Shown here: piece by piece, positions 1 to 12,672 of the stretch
Layout of the letters: each line of letters begins with the position of its first letter
Numbering within the stretch: position 1 is the stretch's first letter
Assembly (NCBI RefSeq): GCF_035084215.1
Contig: NC_090335.1
Location: 54,312,001-54,376,000, forward strand
Origin: Heptranchias perlo
Taxonomy: Eukaryota
Direction of reading: 5' to 3'
Length of the DNA stretch: 64,000 bases
Translations under genes and position numbers: made by a program
Notes under the pieces: model-generated
The model's database searches: none
Told to the model about the DNA's origin: nothing
The model's input: the letters and a program-made list of their open reading frames with translations, nothing else

Positions 1-705
1 TATACGGCAGGCACCACCATCATGGTGTCATGAAGGAAGGTTTCTTTTCCCATTTAATGGCAAGATACTTCAGTATTATCTGCAGATCTGAGGCACACAG
101 AGGCAAGCACAATAGGAGCACCTGCTGAAGTTGTCCCTTTGCTGGGGACTTGCATTCAAACTGCATTCAAGGCTGACAGAATCAGGAGAAACATCCATGA
201 GAGATTCCGATACCTGACAGAAGTGCAATAATCCGTGCTCATACAAATCAGTGACTGACTTAAGGACTCCACAGCATGTAGTAATACATCAACAGGCAAC
301 AATGACTAAGGTCGGCACTATCACGTCATGCCTCTGGTCCTAGTGACAGAGAAAGTTTGAAAGCATAAAGATCACCACAGGTTGAATACATGGCACTTTT
401 GGTACTGCCGGACAATCTAAGACACCAGTATGTAGAAAATAGGGTCAGAAGGAGATCCTCAAAAACTTTCACAGGAAACCGCATAACTGGTCCTTCCAAT
501 AATTTGATATTGAGAAGTAGGGAGTTACTGAGAAGAACTGCAGGCGCAGAATGTCACAGGAGTACAGGAAAAAGAAAGGGGCATCACACAGACATCACAG
601 AAAGCACATTCTATACACGCAGTCTTATATGAATAAAATCAATCTCCATAACTTCAAACTTTGTAGTCAAACTTTGCTTTAATGGGACCAGCAGTACTAA
701 TTAGA

Positions 706-2310
706 ATTGTAGAATCACAGAATGATACAGCACAGAAGGAGGCCATTCAGCCCATCGCGCATGCACTGACTCTTTAAAGGAGTTATCCAATTAGTCCCAT
801 TCCCCTGCTCTTTCCCCATAGCCCTGTAAATTTTTTCCCCTCAATATTTATCCAAATCCCTTTTGAAAGTTACTATTGAATCTGCTTCCACCATCCTTTC
901 AGGCAGTGCATTCCCGATCATTACAATTCGCTGTGTAAATAAATGTTTCCTCATGTCGCCCCTGGTTCTTTTGCCAATTACCTTACATCTGTGTCCTCTG
1001 GTTATTGACCCTTCTGCCACTGAGAACAGTTTCTCCTTATCCTATCAAAACCCTTCATGATCTTGAACCCCTCTATCAAATCTCCCCTTAACCTTCTCTG
1101 CTATAAGGAGAGCAACCCCAGATTCTCTTTTTTCTCCACATAACTGAAGTCTTTCATCCCTGGTACCATTCTAATAAATCTCCTCTGCACCATCTCTAAG
1201 GCATTAACATCCTTCCGAAAGTGTGGTGCCTAGAATTGGACACAATACTTCAGCTGGGCCCTAACCAATGTTTTATAAATATCTAGCATAACTTCCTTGC
1301 TTTTGTACTCTATGCCTCTATTTATAAAGCCAAGGACCATGTATGCCTTTTTAACAGTCTGCTCAACTTGTTCTGCCATCTTCAAAGACTTGTGTACACA
1401 TCCCCCCAGGTCTCTCATACAAGATTCTGAGGAGGCTTGACAGAGTAGATGCTGATAGGTTATTTCCCATGGCTGGAGAGTCTAGAACTAGGGGGCATAG
1501 TCTCAGGATAAGGGGTTGGCCATTTAAGACTGAAATGAGGAGGAATTTCTTCACACAGAGTGTTGTGAATCTTTGGAATTCTCTACCCCAGAAGGCTGTG
1601 GATGCTCAGTTGTTGAATATGTCCAAGGCTGAGATAGATAGATATTTGGACTCTAGAGGAATCAAGAGATATGGGGATCAGGCAGGTAAGTGGAATTGAG
1701 GTCGTAGATCAGCCAAGATCTTATTGAATGGCGGAGCAGGATCGAGGAGCCGTTTGGCCTACTCCTGCTCCTATTTCTTATGTTCTTATGTTCTCTGTTT
1801 CTGCACCCCCTTTAGAATTGTACCATTTAGTTTATATTGCCTCTCCTCATTCTTCCTACCAAAATGAATCACTTCACACTTCTCTGCATTAAATTTCATC
1901 CGTCATGTGTCAGCCCATTTCACTAATCTGTCTATGTCCTCCTGAAGTCTGTTACTATCCTCCTCACTGTTTATTACATTTCTGAGTTTCGTGTCATCTG
2001 CAAACTTTGAAATTATGCCCTGTATACCCAAGTCCAGGTCATTAATATACATCAAAAAGAGCAGTGGTCTCAACACTGACCCCTGGGGGACACCACTATA
2101 CACTTCCCTCCTTTCTGAAAAACAACTATTCACCACTACTCTCTGCTTTCTGTCCCTTAGCCTGTTTCGTATCCACGCTGCTACTGGCCCTTTAATCCCA
2201 TGGGCTTCAATTTTGCTAACAAGTCTATTATGTGGTACTTTATCCAATGCATTTTGAAAGTCCATATACACAACATCAACTGCACTATCCTCATCAACCC
2301 TCTCCGTTAC
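706..2310 (-). mobile_element. CR1 LINE 3' fragment (RT C-terminal part and 3'UTR), interrupted by a nested CR1
   Basis: ORFs 1903..2271 (GVPQGSVL...KFADDTKL) and 1230..1418 (YKTLVRAQLKYCVQF); CR1-type tail near 706-760. Confidence 0.9.
1416..1791 (+). mobile_element. Nested CR1 3' fragment
   Basis: ORF 1469..1699 (TRGHSLRI...RNFFTQSVVNLWNSLP), (TTCTTATG)n tail, possible TCTCT duplication at 1411-1415 / 1792-1796. Confidence 0.85.
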
Positions 2311-2520
2311 TTGGACATAGTGTACAATTTAACAAAATAAAAAGCGTGGTACACTTAAGCAATGTTTGCATTCAAAAATTTACATACATGTATGGAAGGC
2401 TCAAGAGATGAATTGACTCCATTCTGCACCAATCCTGCTCCACTGCTGAAGGCAAAACATCACCACATCCTGCTCTTGTCCTACATATGGTTGTTCCTCC
2501 TCATCAGGTTAAAAGGTACT

Positions 2521-4489
2521 GGGGGTGAAATTGGGCCATTTAGCGCCCATTTTTTAGATGCTACTTGGCCAACTAAGCCTCAAAAATGGGGTCTGAGATG
2601 CGTGCACACACTTTCAGCAGGAAGTGCGCAGGAAGCCATCTTGGTAAAGGGGTTTGCACGCGTGCTCCTAACAACCGCCAGCTGCATGGAGAGTAGGGAG
2701 TTTATGACGCGAATCAGTGTGCAACGTTGATTTAAAGGGACCGCTGCTATTTTGGAACTCCACACTCCATGAATGCACTGTCTGAACCTCGCACAGCTGA
2801 ACATGACTTAAAGGGCTTGAAGGACCCCCTACCAGTTGTATTTAAAGAGGTCATGCAGGAATCACAGGTCAGTTGCTGGATTATTTTTTCTGGCTGCTGG
2901 TGCAATTTTATTTGTTTTTGGAGGTTTCCTATACTTGGATAAAGTTTCAATACTCTATAGAGAATGGGCTGGCTGGCTGACAGGCAACAGCAAGGGCACA
3001 TGCGGAGTGGCAGGGGTGGGAGCAGGAATGCTGTCTTCCTGAGAGAGAACAGCAGGTTCGTGTTCCATGGAGCCACTGCCACTTGTTGCCTCCTGTTATG
3101 CGCCATCTTCTCCTGCAAGAAAGAGGGAAGTGTGTCAGTGAGTGACCTGCAAGTTGTTTGGGTGATGTGGTTGTCATGGTTGAATAGGTACCAGTGTGTG
3201 AACTGTGAGTTGTGGGTGTGAGGCTTGCAACAGTGCTAAGTGTGTGAGGGTGAGATAAAGCCTATGATAAAGTATCTTGATTTGCTCATGCTCAGGTATA
3301 ACAGTCTGTCACTCGGGCGCATTCAATAGGCCAAGCAGGACAGGTGTGCCAATGACTTTGTGGCGTTCTTCTGATCTCCCACTGTAACTTCGGTAGAAAT
3401 CCCAAAAGAAATCCTTAGAGAGGGTGCAGAAGAGATTTACTAGTATGGACCCAGGGATGAGGGACTTCAGTTATGTGGAGAGACTGGAGAAGCTGGGGAT
3501 GTTCTTCTTAGAACAGAGAAGATTAAGGGGAGATTTGATAGAAGCGTTCAAGATCATGAACGGTTTTGATAGAGTAAATAAGGAGAAACTGTTTCCAGTG
3601 GCAGAAAGGTCGGTAACCAGAAGACACAGATTTAAGGTGATCGGCAAAAGAGCCAGAGACGATATGAGGAAACATTTTTTTACGATTGCACTGCCTGAAA
3701 GGGTGGTGGGAGCAGATTCAATAGTAACTTTCAAAAGGGAATTAGATAAATACTTGAAGGGAAAAAATTCATAGGGCTATGGGGAAAGAGCAGGGGAATG
3801 GGACTAATTGGATAGCTCTTTCAAAGAGCCGGCACAGGCATGATGGGCCGAATGGCCTCCTCCTGCGCTGTACCTACCATGATATTATAACTGAACGGTT
3901 GAGTACTGACTGAAAGAGATTGTTGGTAGGTGGGTGATGGGGGTGTAGTGAATTGAGCAGTGGATGAGGCTAGTGGTGCAGTTGGTACAGTATGCCACTT
4001 GAAACTTGAACTCACTCACCTTGACAACTTGTTTTAAATCATTGAACTTCTTCCTGCACTGCAATCATGTTCTTGTAGCCATGCTCCTGGCATTTACCTC
4101 CTCCGCTGCTTCCTCCCACTGCCTCTTCAGCATATGTCTGGATGGCTTCCTGCCCCCCTACGGATACAGGATGCCCCTCCTTCTCTCCACCTCTTGCACC
4201 AAGTTTCAGTTTTGAAGAGACTCCCACCACTTCTTGCAGCCACCATGCACCTCCCCTTTAAGAGGTACAGGCTGCCTTTAAGAAGCCCGAGCCATTCGCG
4301 ATATCGGGGCCCCTGCTGATGCGTGCAGCCAATCAACAGTGCAGGTATCGCTGGCTGCACTCAGCACTCATTTAAAACAGCAGGCAGCACGAATGTAACA
4401 TGCTGCCTGCACTCGCTATGAACGGGCACGGGTTAATCATGAAACGCACTCCCCACGCCTGTTTTCAGAAGTTACCCAATTTAACCCCC
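2521..4489. mobile_element. Internally deleted PIF/Harbinger element (relative of 28724-32408) with a CR1 fragment at about 3420-3875
   Basis: TIR GGGGGTGAAATTGGG / CCCAATTTAACCCCC (14/15), TSD ACT on both sides, Myb/SANT-like remnants on the minus strand near 4010-4250. Confidence 0.85.
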
Positions 4490-6163
4490 ACTGTCTCTGT
4501 CCAGTAAAATACAAAGGAAAAATTGCAAATGTTGAAAATCTGAAATAAAAACAGAAAATATAGCAAGTCAGTCAGCACGTAATTCAATTCTACTGAAGGG
4601 TACTCACCTGAAATGACATAGCCTGTCTTTTCCCTTTACAGATGCTGACCGATCTGGTGTATATTTCCAGCATTTTCTGTGGGTTTTTTTTGCCTCTGTC
4701 CAATGTTGCATTATTATGCACCAGCAGCCACCAAAGGTTGCAGGCTGTCCTTAATCTGTGCTTGATTTTGAGGTGCAAAATGTCCTGGGGAATAATGGCC
4801 CAATTGATAGACGAGCCTATGGAGTCCACATAGCAAGAGGGCCAGGAAAAAATGGTGACCCTATTTTAAAACAGAGTGCTACCTGGAGGAAAAGGTACTA
4901 TTTAGTTGAAGGCCTCCCTCAAAGCGCCCGTTTGGAATGAGTGATGAGGAATTGGAGCTTTTTTCAGGTGCTCAAGCCACATTATGGCGTTTCACCCGAA
5001 TTTGAATACATTCTGGGACCTTAATGAGCCTTGCACACAGTCAGTGCTCAAACTCTATTCCCTCAAAGCACTAGTGGCCCACATTGTTCTGCACTGCTCA
5101 GGAAGGATACTAGAGGCATGGAAAAGTGAGATTCACTAGAATGATATCGGGAATGAAAGGTTATAGCTATGAAGAAAGGCTCTAATAAGAGAAGTGATTT
5201 CACTCAGCCGTGACCCCGGCCTGGAACACCAGTGTGCCTCCCGCTGCCAACGTTCAGTTTGTTTGGGGCACAGAAGGCAGGAACATCGAGATATCCAGTG
5301 GCTAATGTCATCCCATCGGCTCCACCTCCTTTTGTTATGCCAGGATCATGGAGGTGAACTAAACTACAGCCTGCCCCCTGAGGAAATTCCCTTGTAGTGA
5401 CTTTTGGGGCAGAGACCTGCTGTTACCAGGTCAGTTTCCCATCCATTCCGGTCCTCTCCCACTCCTTTTATGCTGGCACTCCATCCCAGACTACCAGAAA
5501 TTTTGCAGTCTAAGTATTTTATACCAGGAAGTGGTCAAACTGGTATAATTAACTTAATGTGCACTAAGGGGAAATTTCTTGCTCACCATTCTGGTAACAC
5601 TGGGGCAGAATAGATGTGAGGGTGTTGGAAAATCAGGTAAAGTTCCTTAACACCAGATCTTCGCAAGCCTTCAGAACTCTTGCTGAAAACAGCCAAGAGT
5701 TTCAGTATAATATGATGATCAATTTAAGTGAGGTATTTCTTACCACAGGCACATTTCCCGTGCTTCCTGCTGGGAATCTACAGAGCTTCAAATTCATCTG
5801 GAATAAACTGACACTTGGAGTTGGTCGTTCTGCTCTGATAGAATATTAGCATTCAAAGTGGAACCACTATTTCAGAATAACAATAATTGATTATGCAGTT
5901 TTGCTGTATTTTGGTGCTAGGTGTTATTTTCTATGGTCATTTTTGACAGTTGCTTTTTGGAGGCTCTTTGGCCTAGAATTTTGGCTGGGAGATTTTTAGT
6001 TGCTGCAATTAAATTTTGGAAGATGGTCATTCCAATGGAGGTTTAATTTTTTGTGTGTTATTTGAAGAATGAAGAAAAGGCTAAAAAGGTTGGATGCAAG
6101 ACAAGTCAAATTGCATATGAAGCTGGAAGATTGCCCCACCATTACCTCTGAACCTGTTTCTAA

Positions 6164-8219
6164 GGGCCCGATTTTACCAGGGGTGCGGATTCTGGGCGGG
6201 TGGGCCAGCGGGCGCATTGAAAACGCGCCCGGTGAAATTAGTGGGTTGCCCGCGCGATCGTAGCAGGCAGCACACTAATTGGATCCACTCACCTGCTCCT
6301 CCGGGTTCCCCGATGCTGATCTGCGGGTCAGGCGGGCTGCGCATGCGCAGTAAGATCTGTCAGCTGGAGGCGCTCTATTTAAAGGGGCAGTCCTCCACTG
6401 ACAGATGCTGCCACAAACAGCAAAAATTACAGCATGGAGCAGCCCAGGGGGAAGGCTGCTCCCAGTTTAATGATGCCTCACCCCAGGTATCATTAGATGG
6501 GGTGAGGAGGAGGGGGAGGACAGAGATCTTCCCCCCGGCGGGCGGGAGGAAGCAGCCTGCCTCTGCCACCAAGAAGGCCTGGCTCGAGGTGGCAGAGGGG
6601 GTCACCTGCGCCACCAACATATCGCCCACCTGCATACAGTGCAGGAGGCGCTCCAATAACCTCAGTAGGTCAGCCACAGTGAGAACACTTACTCATTCCC
6701 CTACACTCCGTCTGCCACAAAACTGCCCCCATCCCACATCTCCTTCGGCACTGCCAACACTACTCCGTCACATGACCCCTCATACCCACTCAAACCTCAT
6801 CCTCATCTTACCTGCACCTACTCACCTCGCGAGTACTCACCCCGCCACTACCACGCAACCCAATCCTCATACAATCTCATGGCTCTATCCCATACTCACC
6901 CTCTCGTGCATCTCTCTCACGACCAGCCTCACTCAACCTGCCACCACCTGTGCTGCAGCCACAGGGCATGCATCACATATGTGCAGTAGGCAGCGTAAGG
7001 AAAACGTGTCGTGAGCATGAAGGGGATGCACAAGGGTGTTTGAGGGTTTGTCATGGTTCTTACTTCTATTGAATTAAAGAACAACTCACATCACACATTA
7101 TATTGGCACCACTACTGCCATGTCTTCGCGAATCCTGTCCGGTTTGTGCAATAATGCCCGCTCCTGGGTATCCCTATGAGGACCCACCACTGATGCCACC
7201 CAGTGTGTCACTGCAGAGTGGGTGTCGGTGTATTTGCAGGGCTCTTCTGCGCAGACGACTGAGAGACATCGGGGATGTCCCCGGTTGCAGCCTGGAAGGC
7301 TGTGGAGCAGAAGTTCGGGAGGGCAGTGGTGACTTTGACAGTGACAGGTAGGAAGATGGTGCACGGGCCAGCCAGGAGCAGCTCGGCATGAAAGAGGCTG
7401 CAGATGTCCACGGCTACATGTCGAGTGACTCTGAGCTTCCGTGTGCACTGCTGCTCAGAGAGGTCCAGGAGGCTGAGCCTCGGTCTGTGGACCCTGTGGC
7501 GAGGGTAGGGCCCTCTGCGACACATCTCTCTCTGCGGTAGCCCTCCCTCCTGCTGTACAGGTGGATGTGTCACAGCACTGCGTTGTGGAGCTCCACGTGT
7601 CAGAGGTGGACGGCGTGGATGGCGAGGCTGGTGAGGCTGTTCGCCCTCCGAGGAGGTCATGACTGCAGCTACGGCGGCCCCCATCCGCAAGAAGTACATC
7701 TGAGGGGGTCCGCAAGGTAGGTACATGTCTCTGGACCCCGGGGTAAGTGTGCAGGTTGGTGACTTCGACCATCAGGAGGAGGGTGGTGGAGGCCACACTT
7801 TGTCCCAAGTGACAGAGCGGCCTCCTGCAATGGGTGAGGGTCTCCACCCCCCCCCACACCTGTCAAATGGACCTTTGCAGCTGCCACAGGCTGACGGCAG
7901 CAACACGTCCATTTCAACTGGGACTGTTTCCTCCAGTGTGTGAAACGGTCCCATATTTATCCAAAATCACACACAGTCCCTTAATCAGGTCAGTTAATGA
8001 CCTGAACAAGCAAAGTAAATACACTCAAGTGGCATCCCGCTGGCTTTAATTGCCTGCGGGATTCCCACCAGCGGGGGCTGCGCACGCACCCCCGCACGTC
8101 AGCGCGGAACCCGGAAGTGGGTGGGATCGAGGCGTGATCCGGTCACGCTCCGGGATTTCGCGATTTTCGGGGCCCCCCCGCCGAGAACGCACCCGATAGT
8201 GGGTGCTAAAATCGGGCCC
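6164..8219. mobile_element. Non-autonomous PIF/Harbinger element, copy 1
   Basis: Perfect 13-bp TIR GGGCCCGATTTTA, TSD TAA. Myb/SANT-like N-terminus on + and HARBI1-like transposase N-terminus on -, convergent. Confidence 0.93.
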
Positions 8220-8227
8220 TAACGGTC

Positions 8228-8390
8228 TATGCAAGTTCCACTTCACTGGAAAGACAGTGACCTCATTGCGCCCTTTCTTGGAAGCTGACTTCCACGACAA
8301 GGATGGCACTGCTCCCTACTGTCAAGGTCACCACAGCCCTAAAATGTTACGCCTCCGGTTCATTCCAAATTGCCACAGGGGGCATTAGCC
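8228..8390 (+). pseudogene. Older Harbinger transposase relic
   Basis: LCKFHFTGKTVTSLRPFLEADF / LLPTVKVTTALKCYASGSFQIATG resembles the LPVAVKVTxALNFxxSGxFQ segment of the transposases at 21500-21580 and 31600-31750. Confidence 0.65.
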
Positions 8391-9260
8391 TACAGATTTT
8401 CAGGCCCAGGATTCTCTATCAGTTGCTGTCCTCCAGCCAAGCACTAAGCGCATTTCTTTGCAGAAGTAGGTGCACTGGGAGTCTAAAGAGGAAAACCCCT
8501 GCTTACTGCATGCACATTGTTTAAAAGAACCTCCAAATTTCCATCAAAAAAATGGAGCTAACCTGCTTCTCGCTGCTACCGTTTCTTCTTCTGTGGTTAG
8601 CAAAAATGAATCAGCCCCTTCAAAAAGCAGCTACAGCTGGTTGTTACTATCAGTACCTCCCCGTGCCTCCAACAAGCTCCCAGTGCCAAGCTCAATCTGG
8701 ATTGGGGGCTCTCAATGAATATGTAATAAGCCACATCTCAGGAAACCCCATGTGGACAGGCCATGTGTGGGATCTGCTTGCAGGACTGTGTTCCTGGCAC
8801 ATTAGAGTTTTGGCTAGAAAATTCCCCTGATTACAAATGTAGGCATCCCTTTCAGCTTTACTTATCAATAAAAGATTAATGAAATGCAAAGTGAAGTTTA
8901 TGGGATATTCTTTAATACACAATCAGAATAGTGACAGCATTAGAAATTGTAAGCAAATGATAGATTACCTGAATGACCATGTGAGACAATAGAATAACTT
9001 TTCTGTTTGTGTGCTGCCAGCGCAGATATTGGAAAATTGCACATGAACAGCTCATAATTTTCTCTCTATTAATTTTAGCCTGCTTCTTTAAACTTAATTT
9101 TAATGGATGGAAAATCGTGGGCTGTCATTTCCCAATATACATTCCACATCAGGGGAGAACAACTGAAACAACTAGCCTAATAACTAAACAGACAGTTATT
9201 GTGTTTTCATTTTGTGTAAGCACAAATTTTGTGATGGAATCCTCTGTTAAGGAATGCTTA

Positions 9261-11274
9261 GGGCTCGATATTACCAGGGCGGTGGGTTCGCGGCGGGGGG
9301 TGAAATCAGTCTGCCCCGCGCTCAATCGCAGGCTGATTGGATCCACTTACCTGTTCTTCCGGGTTCCCCGCTGCTGATCTGCGCGGCGGGCGGACTGCGC
9401 ATGTGCAGTAAGGTCTGTCAGCTGGAGGAGCTCTATTTAAAGGGGCAGTCCTCCACTGACTGATGCTGCAAGAAATAGGAAAAAGTACAGCTTGGAGCAG
9501 CCCAGGGGGAAGGCTGCTCCCAGGTTTAATGATGCCTCACTCCAGCTCTTATTGGATGGGGTGAAGAGGAGGGGGAGGACAGAGATCTTCCCCCCGGTGG
9601 GCAGGAGGAAGCGGCCTGCCTCTGCCACCAAGAAGGCCTGGCTCCAGGTGGCAGAGGAGGTCACCTGCACCACCAACATATCGCCCACCTGCATACAGTG
9701 CAGGAGGCGATGCAATGACCTCAGTAGGTCAGCCAAAGTGAGTACACTTACTCATTCCCCTACACTCCGTCTGCCACATCACCACCCCCACCCCACATCT
9801 CCTTCTGCACTGCCAACACTACTCTGTCACATCACTCCTCATACCCACTCAAACCTCATCCTCATCTTACCTGCACTTACTCACCTCGCCAGTACTCATC
9901 CCGCCACTACCACTCAACCCAATCCTCATACAATCTCATGGCTCTATCTCATACTCACCCTCTCATGCATCTCGTTCATGGTCAGCCTCACTCAACCTGC
10001 CACTACCTGTGCTGCAGCCACAGGGCATGCATCACATATGTGCAGTAGGCAGCGTAAGGCAAACGTGTCATGAGCATAAAGGGGATGCACAAGGGTGTTT
10101 GAGGGTTTGTCATGGTTTTTACTTATATTTAATTTCTGAGCAACTCACATTACATATTATATTGGCACCACTACTGCCACGTCTTTGCGAATCTTGGCTG
10201 GTTTGTGCAATAATGCCCTTTCCTGAGGATCACAATGAAGACCCACACCTGATGCCACCCATTGTGTCACTGCAAAGTGGGTGTAGGAGTATTTGCAGGG
10301 CTCTTTTGTGTAGACAACTGAGAGAAGTCGGCGATGTCCCCGGTGGCACCCTGGAAGGATGTGGAGGAGAAGTTGTTGAGGGCAGTGGTGACTTTGACAG
10401 CGACAGGTAAGAAGATGGTGCTCGGGCCAGCTGGGAGCAGCTCGGCATGAAGGAGGCTGCAGATGTCCACGACTACATGTCGAGTGACTCTGAGCCTCCG
10501 TGTGCACTGCTGCTCAGAGAGATCCAGGAAGCTGAGCCTCGGTCTGTGGACCCTGTGGCGAGGGCGGTGCCCTCTGTGACGCATCTCTCTCTGCCTTTGC
10601 CCTCCCTCCTGCTGTACAAGTGGATGTGTCACAGCACTGTGTTTTGGAGCTCCACGTGTCAGAGGTGGACGGTGTGGCCGGCGAGGCTGGTGATGCTGTT
10701 CGCCCTCCGAGGAGGTCATGACTGCAGCTACGGCGGCCCCCATCTGGAAGATGTACATCTGAGGGGGTCCGCAAGGTAGGTACATGTGTCTGGACACCGG
10801 GGTAAGTGTGCAAGTTGGTCAATTTTATTGTTGGGAGGAGGGTGGTGGAGGTCAAACTTTGTCCAAAGTGACAGAGTGGCCTCCTGCAATGAGTGAGGGT
10901 CTCCCCCCACCACCTGTCAAATGGACCTTTACAGCTGCCACAGGCTGATGGCTGCAACACGTCCATTTGAACTGGGAGTGTTTCCCCCAGTACGGGAAAC
11001 AGCCCCAGTTGTTTGTAAAATCCCACCCCTCCTCCTTAATCAGGTCTGTTAACGTCCTGAAATACCAGAATAAATACTTTTAAGTGGCACCCCGCCGGCT
11101 TTAATTGCCTGCGGGAGTCCCACATGCGGGGGCTGTGCGCGCACGTTGGCGCGTCTGTGGGGAACACGGAAGTGGGCGGGTTGGAGCCGGGCTCCGGACC
11201 CACTCCGGGATTCCCCGATTTTCGGAGCCCCCCTGCCAGGAACGCATCCGATAGCGGGTGCTAATATCGAGCCC
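9261..11274. mobile_element. Non-autonomous PIF/Harbinger element, copy 2
   Basis: Perfect 13-bp TIR GGGCTCGATATTA, TSD TTA, colinear with 6164-8219. Confidence 0.93.
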
Positions 11275-11885
11275 TTATTGTTAGTTTTTCCCCTCAAAAG
11301 TTTTTAGAAAGTGGGGTATAATTCATTTTACGGCAGATTTTGCATGGCCTTTGTTTAAGGAATGAGTTCAATAGACCACATGGCCTTTTCACATTCCATA
11401 CATTATCTTCTCAGCTGTATCACCAATCATCTCATCATGAAGCACTATTATCACTGAAGATAGAGATGTCCGAGGTGGTGAAGGCTGTCTTTTTCTGGCT
11501 GAAGATGAACACTTGACTGGGAGAATTACATACAGTTATAATAATGGAAAATTTAAGTGCTTTTTAACTGCATTGTATTTTCAAAAGAGGTTCCATTACT
11601 TTAAATGAACTGTACTCTTTTCTATGTAGGATATTATGCTGAGCTATAAAACCAGAGTAAGAGCATGCTAATAAGTAACAATACAGTGATGAAGTTAAGC
11701 ACTCAACTTACAACAACATCATGCTACAAGCAGTGTTCTGTATAATAAATGCAAGTAAAACATTTTAAACTCTTTATTTACTAACTCTCCCAGAATTAGT
11801 AAAGTAAGAACTACAAGAAGTTACAGGTCGTAGTGTGTGCAGCATGCTGGTGTACTATCTCAAAGCTGACACTAGGACCTTCTTA

Positions 11886-12334
11886 AATAAAAACAGAAGA
11901 TGCTGGAAAAGCTCAGCAAGTAAAGCAGCATCTGTGGAGAAAGAAACAGAGTTAGCGTTTCAGGTCAAAGATCTCCCGTCAGAACTGGAAGATGGTAAAG
12001 AGTTAACAGTTTTTAAATAAGTACAGAGCCAGGGAAAGGGGGAGGGAGGGAGAAGGAAGGAAACAACAAAAGGGAAGGTCTATGATAGAGTAGAGGGCAA
12101 GAGTGACTAAATGACAAAAGGGAAGATGGTGCAAGGCAAGGAGGGTGGGACAAGTTAAGAAACAAAAGATCAGTTTAGAGTAGCTGTAAATGGCAACAGC
12201 TCTGACAAGAGGTCGTCGACCTGAAACATTAACTCTGTTTCTTTCTCCACAGACGCTGCCTCACTTGCTGAGTTTCTCCAGCATTTTCTGTTTTTATTTC
12301 AGATTTCCAGCGTCTGCAGTATTTTGCTTTTGAG
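11886..12334. mobile_element. Penelope-like pLTR insertion, family 2, inverted arrangement with degenerate hammerhead motifs
   Basis: Arms 11886-~11985 and ~12200-12300 are reverse complements. 13-bp TSD TAGGACCTTCTTA at 11873-11885 and 12335-12347. Confidence 0.75.
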
Positions 12335-12517
12335 TAGGACCTTCTTATCCAGCTATGCATGCCTCTTGACAGCTTATGTGAGGTCATGCAGAAAGTGGCC
12401 ACAGAGTTATGACACAGCCCAGTTCAAGGACAGCAGTTTACAGTTAGGAAGACAGATAACAGAACAGAAACATAAAATCACTTTGATTTTCTTTTAAATT
12501 CATGCCGTTTCAACATG

Positions 12518-12672
12518 CTAAGAAGGTTTTTCATGTATAATGAGAGGTCTTTGTCCAATTAAACAGTAATTGGAATTTGAATTTCGATTCGAATTCTGAT
12601 ACACTGAGCTAATCACTTCTCTTCTCGATCGATCAACAAAATTAGCATAGATCGGATTGGCTTCAGAATCTG
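12518..12672 (-). CDS. Gene A terminal exon: tyrosine-motif cytoplasmic tail ((A)DSEANPIYANF...SVYQNS...SNYCLIGQRPLIIHEKPS*)
   Basis: Strong pyrimidine tract ttttctttcattttagcag with tandem acceptors (exon start 12672 or 12669), phase 1 in frame with the TM exon, TAG at 12518-12520. An intervening small exon cannot be excluded. Confidence 0.75.

Noticed and set aside
1-345. Possible minus-strand exons (acceptor-like tracts near 90 and 342, donor near 213)
   Set aside because: Frames close quickly and no recognisable domain is encoded; they could be UTR exons but cannot be supported.
6217-7014. 265-aa ORF (and 9492..10073, 24967..25728) as host MSANTD genes
   Set aside because: They lie inside TIR/TSD-bounded Harbinger elements, read through an intron and carry frameshift or start lesions.
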